A stretch of 53,930 nt of DNA, counting the filler, from Jimgerdemannia flammicorona (lineage: Eukaryota): assembly GCA_003990765.1 (NCBI GenBank). It is 2 parts of 2 records of this genome, joined end to end, with 100 filler letters (N's around TTAATTAATTAA, not from the genome) between each part and the next. Parts side by side here need not be neighbours in the genome. Positions count along the whole stretch, not along the records: positions 1 to 26,916 come from RBNJ01000678.1; 1 more part is not named here. One strand, given 5' to 3'. The position numbers and the translations under genes were made by a program. The notes beneath the pieces were generated by a model. The model was given only the letters and a program-made list of their open reading frames with translations, did no database searches and had not been told where the DNA came from. This document shows positions 1 through 10,749 of the stretch, piece after piece (the stretch's first letter is position 1; the number at the start of each line of letters is the position of its first letter).

Positions 1-40
1 CCCCCCCCCCATGCTATCATTATTAACATACAACTCCAAG

Positions 41-3000
41 ACATAATCTCCTATCTCCGCCGTCCTGAAACCTTCTGTGCCATCATCTTTGCCATCGCTC
101 TCATCGCCTTCTACGTTTACGGCTTCTTTTTTTCATCGCCCTACCAATTCCGCCTCACCGCCATTCTCGTCGAAGCTCTGCTTATCGAGGCCATGTTGGT
201 CTGGAACGGGTACCTCTATCAACGAGAGAAACGTCTCTCCCTGCGCGAAATCACGGACCGCGCTGACACCATTATGGAAGCGCTCGAAAGGAGCGGCATG
301 GATATGCCACAGGACACCCGTATTCCCTTTGTTCCCTCCCTTTCCACTGCCAAGGTCATCCGCGACGGCATCGGCCGCGTCTTTCCCACCAACCTCCTTG
401 TCGAGGGCGACGTCGTTGAGATGCTCCTCGGTGACACCGCTCCCTGCCGCATGAAGTACCTTCCCCCGGACACTACTACCACCACCCCCCCGGACACCAT
501 CCCGGGAACCGATTGTTATCTCGACCCGGACCAAGTCTTCAAACCCTCCTTCTTCGGCATCCCTCCACCCTCAGGCTTCCTCTCACAGCACACTCAGCTC
601 CGCGGGCGCCACCATTTCGTCCTCCTCGATACTCCGCTCGAGCGGAACCTCCGCGCCGCCCTGTGCCAGGAACGCCCGGCCACCGTCATCCATAACGAGG
701 CGAACGTTCTCGTCAGCCTGTTTGTCTACCGCCTCCTGTGGTGCGTCCTCGCCGTCGCGCTTGTTATCAACCTGCTTCGATTCACGCTCAAGGATTACCT
801 CGTCAACGGGCACTCAAACCAGGGATTTGAGGTTCTTGTCGTCCTGCCCATCTACGCCATACTCCCACTGCTCCCGCTCTCGTTCCCGACCCTGTGGATT
901 GTGGCGAGGAGCTATGGGAACGCAAAAGTTCTGGTGCTATTCGAGGCGTTGCAGATCTCCAAGACCGAGTACGCCGACGACGACGAGGTAGACGAGTTCG
1001 ATGACGAGGCGCCGCCGCCGACGAAGAATGTTGTGTTGGATTCGCGTATGTGTTTTTTTTTTTGTTTTTTGTTTTGCTGTTGGGCATATTGTAATCGAGG
1101 CGGGAGGACCGATAGACACACGGTCGCCCTCGTATCTAACATATCGGATCCACTACCACAGGAGCCGTCTGGTCGCGGTTCGGGTCTCTGCTGACCAAGT
1201 GGGACAGGCTATCGCTCACGCGGTCCACGAACCTGTTCGAGTCGCTGGGGAGCACGACGGTGATCTGCTGTATCGATCGGGAAGGGACAATATCAAATGT
1301 AGGCGATTTACATTTTAATTAGCAAGCATATTTTTGTAGTGATATTATCATTTCTTTGACACTATTAATTGTACACATACTGTAGCCCTTCCCCACGGTT
1401 GAACAAATCGTCTTCCCTAATGTTGAAGACGACATTACGATCCTCGAAGTGGCCGAAGATGCCACCCGTGCCACGGGCATCCGGTTTGAAGATCAAGACT
1501 GGTCGCAGCACTTGCCGTGAGTAGTGATGACCTAGCTCGGCTCCGCGGGTGTCGTTTCAGGGACAGATTATTCACATAGTATGATATCTATACGTGCATA
1601 TGTGTATCTGAATAGATGTCTCAAGCCGCTCGGTCTGAATCTGCTGCTCAATACCAACTGCGGCGTTCTGCGTGGACAAAGGAGGTCCGAACATCATCGG
1701 AAACGTGTGAGCCTGCATCTGTACGGGAAGACGCAGCCGGCGAGGCAGTGTGAGTTAAATTCGTTGACTAGGATGTGCCAGTATCATGATTACGCGTTTC
1801 TTCAGACCCATCGCAATCTGTGAGCTCACCAACGACGAACAAATACACACACATGCGTATCAATTGATTATTAGCCTGTGTCTGCCGTCTGGGCAAAGAG
1901 ATCGGTTTTACCGACGACGCGCTCAAGAGCTTCGTGCGGCGTAAAGAAATTTACACATTTGCTCCTTACCACGAGTGTTTGGCAGAGCCGCTTCGGAACT
2001 ACCAGTTCGAGGTGCCGAGCATGCTTTCTAGCGTGTACGAGGAGACGAACTCGGGTGAGTGTATTTTTACAATCAGGTCTCGGGACCGAGAGTGGTACAG
2101 CTGCTAATGCAAAAAGATGTAAAAATTGTGTATGCATGCGTGCAGAAACCTACCAGCTGTTGTCGGATGGACATTTGGAGCTGATTTTGGATCTGTGTTC
2201 GGATTACTGGGACGGCGAGGGGTTGCAGGTGATGAGCGAGGCGGTAAGTATGAGAAACGTATCAGTTACGATGATACTTATATAGGGCTCGCACATATGT
2301 CTCCGTGGCATTATGGACGATCCGATGGCCCCTTTCCTGATGAGAACATCAATTCTCCCCCGACCTCGACAGATGGAGAAGAAAATTTACGACTTTTATC
2401 AAACCGCCGTCGTCAACGACATGCAGTGCGTCGCCTATGCCTACCGTCCCATCAACACCGTCAACAACTCCCGTATCGCCTTCCTCGACCACTCGACCAA
2501 TCTGAACGACCCGGGTTTCGCGTTTCACGTGCTGCCATATTCTCCTTTGTCCGTTGAGGACGAGGACGCCGCCGAGGCGGAGAAGGGTGAAGCCGAGGTC
2601 GTCACCGTCAAGAGGCGGAGGAAGAGGGACTCAAATCTTGAGCCTATGCATGATTTCGTGTTCGGGGAGGATGCGCTGGAGGAGGGGGAGGGTGAGAAGG
2701 ACTTCCAAATGACCGAGAAGGAAACCACGGAAGGGTTTTATAGGGATGTGGTGAAGGGACAGATTTTTTTGAGTATGGCGACGTTGTGTCACCGACCTAA
2801 GTTGGTGAGTTGTTTATACACTTTATTATTGCTCGTATCAGTTAGTTGTAGAGACGGACAGGGTGGGCTAGGGGTGGGACTTATGAACGGGACAGCTATT
2901 CAATTTCATCTTGGCCAGAGAAACGCTATTAAACCTGTTCATGACATGATACCATTTTCGTAGAATGTGGTTGACTTCATCGAAGATCTTGGTTTAGCCG

Positions 3001-4485
3001 GTATACGGTTTGTGTATTTCTCCCCGACCGCTGAGCGCGAGAGCAAAGGTATATCATCACCTCTGTCATCATGTACCTGAAGTAATACAATTACGGACCA
3101 CCAAGTAGTTGACCTTGATTCATCACACTTACCACGCTCACGACCAGCCTATGCCGAACGCCTAGGCCTCGAGACCGACTGGAACTGCTGCATTCTTCTC
3201 TCCTCCGCCGACTCCGCCGACTGCGGCACGGGATACCTGCAATCGCATGACATTAAGGCCCGCCTGCCGCGGGGGATCGACAAAATCCGTCCGCACCTCG
3301 AGAACGTGGACGACATCCCGCTCCACGTGTCCCTGTTCGCCGAGTGTACTCCCGAGGCGACGCGCGAGATGATTCGTATCTTCCAGGAGTACGGTGAGGT
3401 GGTGTGCTGCATTGGAAATGCGTTAAACGCGAAAAATACGGCTTCATTTGCGTTGGTAGGACTACGTTTATTTGTGCTCGGGGCCTTTCGTATACGCATG
3501 GCTATGTATATTGAATCGTAACCGTAGTCACCGTGACCAATAATTTGCTCATCATTTCTCATTTCTAATCTTTTACAGGCTGACGTGAGCATCGCAATGG
3601 AGCCCATGCACACGAAGGCGCAGTCTAAAGGTCGGTTGAACTTGAACGGCGTGCAGCCGCCACTAGCCATTGGCGCGTCGCTGGTTAGCCTGCCCTGCGG
3701 TCTGTTCATGCAATACGAGACGAGTCTGTATGCCCTCACACAGTTGATAGGCGAGGCGAGAAGATTGTTGAGCGGGTTGAGAATGGTGGGTTGTTTGATT
3801 CAATTTTTGAAATCAAAGATGGAGCTTTTAGTGCCAAAACAAAAGGACCTACAAAGTTAACGCCTACTGCTCATTTATTCCAGGGCTTCGCTTTCCTTGC
3901 CGGCTCTTTCATGTCCATTTCGTTGATGCTCTTGATCTCCTATTGCATGTTGTTACCACCCATTCTGACGGGATACCAGATCCTGTGGCTCGTGTGGATC
4001 GTTTGCCCGATTTTGGCGTTGTCGATGTTGTTTTCACCGCAGCAGGAGAATATCATGTCCACTATGCCTGGTGAGAAAGCACATAGTTTTTATTTTGATA
4101 TTGCTCTTCGACATTGAGATTGGTGTAACGTGACTTATATGCAACCAGGGAAAAATATTGAGCACCTCAAGGACCGATGGCGATTCATGCTTTATTTCGT
4201 TGCAAGATTCTCACTACCCATCATCATGTGTCTGGTGATTTATATCCTGTAAGCAAATTCGCATCATTTACTCTTTACGATTTATTACGATGGTTCTATT
4301 GTGTGCGAAATCCTCACTCACGAACAATCATCTTAGCTCCCTGCTAGCATTCAGCGAAGAATTAGATGTCGCTCTCGAATTCGGTGCTTTCGGCCCAGGC
4401 GGATGGTTGCATTGGACAAGTAAAGAAGAATGGGCTGTTCTATATGCACAAAATATTATGATGGTCGTGTTCGTTTGGTACCTTG
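41..4485 (+). CDS. TMEM94: TMEM94-like (P-type ATPase-related membrane protein), 5'-partial and 3'-incomplete. Exons approx. 41-1045, 1162-1298, 1386-1516, 1616-1749, 1875-2054, 2146-2243, 2373-2804, 2964-3048, 3148-3455, 3579-3785, 3884-4070, 4149-4248, 4337-4485
   Basis: Manual splicing at GT-AG sites gives one continuous frame. It contains TMEM94-type motifs: PTNLLVEGDVV, SLGSTTVICCIDREGTIS, FIEDLGLAGIRFVYFS, AERLGLETDWNCCILL, ARLPRGIDKIRPHLENVDDIPLHVSLFAECTPEATREMIRIFQEYGEVVCCIG, plus several hydrophobic helices. Confidence 0.88.
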
Positions 4486-4590
4486 GTGAGTTATGGTTAC
4501 AATCCATTTGAATTTTGAATTGGAACAATCAATAAGTTCCAAACGTTACATTTTGTTTGTTTGTACTGACGCATCGTAAATTGGTTTCGG

Positions 4591-4867
4591 CCCCCCCCCA
4601 GATACCCCAACCCTCCCCCCACTCATCACACAAATCCTCTCCACAAGCCCATGATGGGAGCCCCCTCAAGGTCCCCACCCATATAATCAATATATTGTGA
4701 TGACATCTTAGAAACTGATGACATCAAAAGCCAGGAGACTGCTCAGACTTCATAAGCCTCTGGTTAAAAATCATGACTCAATCTATGACTCATCTTGACC
4801 AGAAGATGATCTACATTCAAACTCATTGTGACTCATTGTGACTCATAGTGACCTCAGCAGTATACTA
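4591..4867. other. CpG-free, TE-like junction segment between the last visible TMEM94 intron and the BTB pseudogene
   Basis: Begins at a C9 run and has no CpG, unlike both flanks. Contains a short tandem CTCATTGTGA (x3, ~4822-4851). Reading on from the CAG at 4599-4601 hits a stop after ~17 codons with no TMEM94-like sequence. Confidence 0.45.
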
Positions 4868-5316
4868 CTCCAAATCAGCTCCAGGGGATGGCGGCGACAG
4901 CTTCGTTGAGAAGCGATGAGGCGACACCGAAATCCGCGAGGTCGTGCGCGCGTTCCAGCACCATCTCCATGAGCTTCTGGAGTAGGAGAAAGTTTGCTGC
5001 CCGGTATATTCCTGCCGCGATGGAAATGTTGGCAGTGTTGTCGATGGCTCGGTAGGACGATGTTGAGCACCGGGAGGTGATGTCGTTGAAGACGGCGATG
5101 AGAGGAACCCTCTCGCATATTTCCGTACAATGTCGCTTTGAAGACCGGACTTCATTTAAGAAATCACATGTAATGAAGTCTGTGGGAAGTGTATAAAAAC
5201 GACAGACACAAGTGAGCTTGCAAAACTAAACTCGGGTAATCCTTGAAGCCGGTACTGCACGGCATGCGCCTAGCTCGATCCCATCAATCGTCCCTGAGAT
5301 TGCATTGCTCGACCAT
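4868..5316 (-). pseudogene. Truncated, frameshifted BTB-domain paralogue
   Basis: Aligns with the 5' parts of the genes at 6113-7622 and 16554-21084 (ATG at 5316, ELGACRAV, YGNMREG, LERAHDL, ASSLLNEAVAAIPWS in shifting frames). Has deletions and stops abruptly at ~4868. Confidence 0.85.
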
Positions 5317-6112
5317 TTTTATAAAAGTCAGAGAATAAAAAAATTTGGTTGGGATGTGTCTGGTTTGACTGCAGAAAGAGTAATCTACATGACACATGTA
5401 CTTAATTATTGAAACCAGTACGTATGTGAAAATGTCGAGATTCCTACATCGTCGCTCCGGCACATGAAATGGAGAGCATTACGGAGTGCTTAATTCAACT
5501 CAAAGCATCGTATCGTAATTCAACACCTCGGCCATAAGCACGTACATATATCATTTGCATGGATAGTTCAAATGTATGATTAAAAATATATACATTTCGT
5601 TTGATTCTTTACATCAGTCATGTACATGAATTTTTTTTTATTGTTTCATTTAGCAAAATTGATCTCTAGCGCAATGAACGAAACCAAAGATGTGTAAGGA
5701 ACATCGAAAGAAAATACTTATGTGCTGAAATTTAAGCCGAAGTCCCAGAGATCCAAACCATCAATTCAACCTCTAAAACAGGTCATTAGTGATGCTCATT
5801 TAGGTGGGCATTAGGCCCTGTATTCGGTGTTTAGTTTTTACTGTGTGGAATATACGATGAATTTTGATGTCCTGGATGCCGAATCGAATGTCTAAAGCTC
5901 AAATACAGACTTTTATACAAAATCATAAAGCAGAAAAATTCATTACTGATATTAAATCACCGCAGCCCTACTAAATATATATATATATATATAATATGAC
6001 AGATATGAATAATTATAGCTACAGTGTATATATCTCTGAAAATGTTTAGATGATTCAAAATAGGCTTTGATACAGAAAAATGGCAGTGTTCATATTGCTA
6101 AGCTAAGAGAAT

Positions 6113-7622
6113 TCAGCCTCGGTGATCTTTGATCCGGTACTTGCATCCTTCAGATAAGGACACTGCAGGGTATACCTTGTTGGAGAGATTGCTAAAGGCT
6201 ATCCCGTAATTGATTCCATTGATCGAAATAGCAAAGGTGTGGTCATTTGGGTTTAAATGCAAGGTAATGACATCACCATTTTCAATATGTTTGCCATAAT
6301 TATAATTTAGCCCACTTGCTAGACCAAACGTAAATTTGGTGTTGCCGACAGAAAGGAAACCCCACGAATATATCTGGGATGTCATGTGCGTATCAAAATA
6401 TGTGAATTCTTCGCCAACGAACCCAATAATACAGACACCAGTGTTGTTATATGATCCAATAGATTCGACGACAATGTCCCATTCGCATAGGCCGTTGTGA
6501 GCCTTCGTCCCGGGGACGGAAAGCCGTGCTGTCTGTGAAGAACCCCTCAATGGAAGCTCTACAACCATGCCATCTTCGGAAACGACCAATTGAGAACCGA
6601 TTTTCGATCTATCCCACTGGAGATTGCCACTATGATGTGCCTTTCCACGACTTGCAGACGGATGACCTATAGGGCATATGGTGTTCTTACAGGCGTGATA
6701 GCAAAATGCCATGTAGTGTGGAGAAGTCTCCGCAAACGTGTCAACTGCCTCCGTGAGGGTCTTGAGTCGATGCGGGCAAACGAGCGTGAGGTCAAAATGA
6801 CTCATCATTTGAAGCAGCAAGGCGCGCGATGCACCGTTTCCTAGCCGGACCGTGCCATGGCACCCCTCGGCCATATCATTGATGTCATGCAGAACAGCAT
6901 GGCGTTCCGAAGCTGACGGCCCGTTATCGTTGCGGCCCCAGACCCAGTCGACGATGCACAGCAATAGGTCATGCTCAGGCGTGGAAAGGGTGGCTACCTC
7001 GGTGAGGAGTAACTCGAGGGCCTCTTTGGAGAGGCCAGTCAGCTCGCCGATGGCGAGCTTGTGGGCACGGAAGGGGTTGAGAAGCACGTCGTAGAGATCC
7101 TTGTTGGCCTCGCTCCACGGTATGTCGGCGACGGCTTCGTTGAGAAGCGAGGAGGCGACACCAAAATCAGCGAGGTCGTGCGCGCGTTCCAGCACCATCT
7201 TCTTGAGCTTTGGGAGGAGGAGAAAGCTTGCCGCGCGGTATATTCCTACCGCGGTGGAAATATTTACAGTATTGTCGATTGTTTCGGTGTGAATGAACCC
7301 GAGGACAATGTTGAGCACCGTGGAGGTGATGTCGTTGAGGACGAACCGATATGAAAAACCCTCTCGATTGTTTCCGTACAGCATCGCCTTGAAGACCGGA
7401 CATCTTTTAAGTGACCGCATGAAATTAGGTGGAAAGTGCATAAATAATGACGGACGCAATTAAAATCAAAAATCGGACAAACCTTGAGGCCAGTACAGCA
7501 CGGCATGCACCTAGCTCGACACCGTCAGCGCAGACAATGGCCACATCGTGGTAAGTTGAGTCTTTCCAGATGGAGGCAATATCGTCCTTGAGACTAAAAC
7601 CGCTGTCGGATTGCTCCCCCAT
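6113..7622 (-). CDS. BTB/POZ + helical (BACK-like) + C-terminal SPRY/B30.2 protein, ~476 aa. Exons 7622-7483 and 7403-6113
   Basis: BTB signature YHDVAIVCADGVELGACRAVLASR|CPVFKAMLYG spans a GT-AG intron. The C-terminus has a SPRY pattern (CEWDIVVE, IIGFV, YGKHIENGDVITLHLN, FAISINGINYGIAF, VYPAVSL). Spliced length 1431 nt is in frame. Confidence 0.85.
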
Positions 7623-8027
7623 GTTTGCAAAAGCGAGAGAAATAAAGGGGTCTGTTTGAGATGGTTTATTTTTATATCTAAATCGTGGCGCAGCATTGTC
7701 AAATGAGTCCCCCGAATCTCAGAATTTGACATGCATATGATACAAGTCGTGCAGAAGCTTTACTATATGGTGACCTTGCCCCCGAACCGCCCACAATCCC
7801 TCTGTGATGAACACATCCGCCATTTTATACTGGCCGAAATATAATATTGGCGTTATATTTCCTTCTGCTATATAATTATATTAATTATATTTCAGCTCCC
7901 ATGATGAAGCTCCAAAGGAATGCAATGTACCGAATTTGCGTGATGCTATTTTAATCTTTGCTCTCACGACACTTGGCAGAAATCTGGATATTTATGTTGG
8001 TTGATGTCTGTAAAAAAGATTCAGACT

Positions 8028-8051
8028 GCAAAATTCAATACAAGAGCAATC
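8028..8051. promoter_or_regulatory. 24-bp upstream block identical between the two intact BTB paralogues
   Basis: GCAAAATTCAATACAAGAGCAATC occurs at 8028-8051 and 21276-21299. TAAATCGTGGCGCAGC also occurs at ~7679-7694 and ~21146-21161. A regulatory role is inferred only. Confidence 0.4.
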
Positions 8052-8559
8052 CGCGGAAGCCTCATCGAGTAAACTTTGAACACCAGTTCTGCATTCCCTT
8101 CCTGAAGGCCTGGTAGGCAATTCTCACGACCACTGATAGCCTGATGGCGCTCACCCGAATATTGGTATTGTTGTAATCAAAAATATTATTGTCGCGGTGT
8201 TCCAGAAATCATCCAAGAGGAGAAAGGAGACCCTATTGGATAACAGAAAATAGATTTATTGAGAGGATAATTCTCCTCAGCCAAGAATGCTACGGGCAAA
8301 AGGAACTAACTCCAACCTGCTGTCGCGCATTGACCACAAGTCGGGCTCCAATACCATAATGGAGTCACATACACCTTCTCGGAATTTTCTCGTCAGTATT
8401 GATACAATAAATTGACAATACTTATTTTAAACATAGTAAGTAATAAAATAACCAGAAGCAAATATCGAAATTATGCAGAGTATTTCTATTTGGTCCTTTT
8501 CTGGTGAATTGCCACAAGAATGTGGTTTACATTAATGTTTCAAAATTCTAAATGCAAGA

Positions 8560-9236
8560 TTATATATCTAAGGAGTATAATATATACAGATATATAATTT
8601 TAGATGAACAATTAAATATCTAAATGATATCTTTGATATAACCAAATAAATTATATTTATATATAAATATTTAAAAAAATACAATTTGAAACTCTGAGAA
8701 TAACTGATATATAATTTTTGATAGATATTTAAAAATATTTGAGAATACTAATAAAATATTTTAGATTATTGCTCAGAACTATATAATTATTTAACAGTAA
8801 GATACTTATATATAACAGTAGGATAAATTATATTAAAATATATCTCTAGACTAATTTATATTATAAAGTTAGACTTTTTAAATTTTAAGTTACTATGTAA
8901 TTTTATATTTAGCCATTATAACAATTGATCTCTATCTGAATTTTCTCATAAAAGATCTTTAAACTTAATTATTTAAGCTAAAGTACCTTTTGTAATTGTA
9001 TGAAAATAGCTACTTATATATAGCTTAACTTATATAAGTATACTCTAAGGTATCTATAAGATTAGATATTCAAATTGATCAAAAGTTATATATGAAATGA
9101 GATATATATAAGATAAAATATTTGAAAGAGATGAAATATTTAACTATAGACTAAGTAAAATGAGTTTGACTAATATAGAAGTCTGCACTTTTATTATTTA
9201 TATAAAGTAAAGAGATCAATTATTATTATTATATAT
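8560..9236. mobile_element. Extremely AT-rich, unclassifiable TE relic
   Basis: Abrupt switch to CpG-free, TpA-rich sequence with no ORFs, contiguous with recognisable TE relics. Confidence 0.45.
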
Positions 9237-9985
9237 TGTAATATATTAGCTCAATAGAGATAAATTATAAGATTGGAGCTACTATTTAGATTAACTTAAG
9301 CTCTCAGTTACTTTGTTAAAAGTAATAAAATAATCAATAGTTTCTGGTATAAGTTCAGATAGTATATATACATATAATATAGACAATTTTAGTAGTTTTT
9401 CTATTTAGATAGAATTGGTAGACTTCTCAAATAATACAGAATTGTTACTAAATGTGGTTTCTATATAATATAATAAAATTCTCATATTCTTCAAAATTAG
9501 TAGATTTTTTAAATAATAAAGATAATAGTAATTCTCAAATAGTAACTAAGTTCTTTACTTAAACTTTAGTAGATAATTCAGATTTTATCTGGTAAGTAGA
9601 TCAAGAATAGTAGAGTTTTTAAATTTAGACTTTATCTGATAAGTAGACTAAATAACTATAATAGACTTTTTAAATTTGCAGGCTTCTTTTATTAAAGTTA
9701 TATTAATTGACTACTTTATTTGTATAAATAAGTTTACTATAAAGATATATCTGATTAACTAACTTTGGCAAAAGATAGTAGTAGACTTCTCAAAAGGTAA
9801 TATTCTCAAATTCAGACTTAATCTAATAAGTATACAAAATTGAATCTTCTCTTCTTTATATCAAAAAGTTAATTAAAGTAAAAAAGGAAGCTCTTTGCTT
9901 TTATTTAACTTTTCAGACTGAGGTTTATTTACTCTTATCACTGGGGTATTTTATATAGTTATAGTTACTAACTAGTTACTATATA
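9237..9985. mobile_element. Heavily eroded copy of the LTR-like terminal region at 22383-23290, left part (split by the younger Gypsy)
   Basis: 9237-9330 aligns with 22383-22476. 9898-9985 aligns with ~23067-23146 (ACTTTTCAGACTGAGGTTTAT...CTGGGGTATTTTATATAGTT). Confidence 0.75.
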
Positions 9986-10389
9986 TGTAACAGTTCTAGT
10001 TTCTAAATGAGGAAGTGACTAGTTCTGGTGGTTCTAAGTAGCTCAAAGAGATACTTAAAGATTCAAGTATTCTTGAAGGATTTCTGGGAGAAAATATTCT
10101 GAGACTTTATTCATAAGAATAAAGGGAATATTTATATAAGATTTGAGAGAAGGATCCAGAAGGATCCAAGAAATCAAAGAAAAATTCCAAGAGGAAAGTT
10201 CTTGGCAAAGATGATAAATGATGACAAATTAAGTTCTACAAGTTTTCAAGACATTCAGTGACTAGCTAAATAAGTACCAGAGAATGCTTGGTACCAAGAA
10301 AGAATTTCTAAGCATTCAGAAAGTATTGGAAGGTTGTAGAATATTGAAGAAAGACAAAGAAAAGAAATAAACTATACTAAAATTTTACA
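9986..10389 (-). repeat. 3' LTR of Gypsy element
   Basis: Direct repeat of 15605-16008. Adjacent polypurine tract on the minus strand (plus-strand TTCCTCCTCCTT at ~10391-10402). Confidence 0.95.
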
Positions 10390-10749
10390 TTTCCTCCTCC
10401 TTAAGAATCAACATCCTTGTTGAATTCTCAAAGTTATACATAATAAACAATAAGACTAAAAGAAATCTCAAACAAAATATGTTGGCTCATTGGCAAGAAC
10501 TGGCCATCTTTGTATAAGGTGAAGGCCAAAGTATCATCTTGATCAGTTGAGAACTGGTTCGAATCTCATTGATTGCAGGATTTATAGGGTTCTCCTATAT
10601 CTCTTATTTCTGATGCTATATCCTTTAGAGTACCCTGATGCTTAATGTGCCTGATCAGTACAGTATGTCATCTACTATCCAAGGGGAGAACCTCATGGGC
10701 AGTCAATGAGTTTCTTTTTGCTCAAACTCTTAGATGAGATCTTGAGAGT

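Noticed and set aside
77..1318. Overlapping alternative-frame and antisense ORFs (e.g. 133..534 -, 77..454 +, 803..1087 -)
   Set aside because: They are shadows of the GC-rich TMEM94 exons and have no independent motifs.
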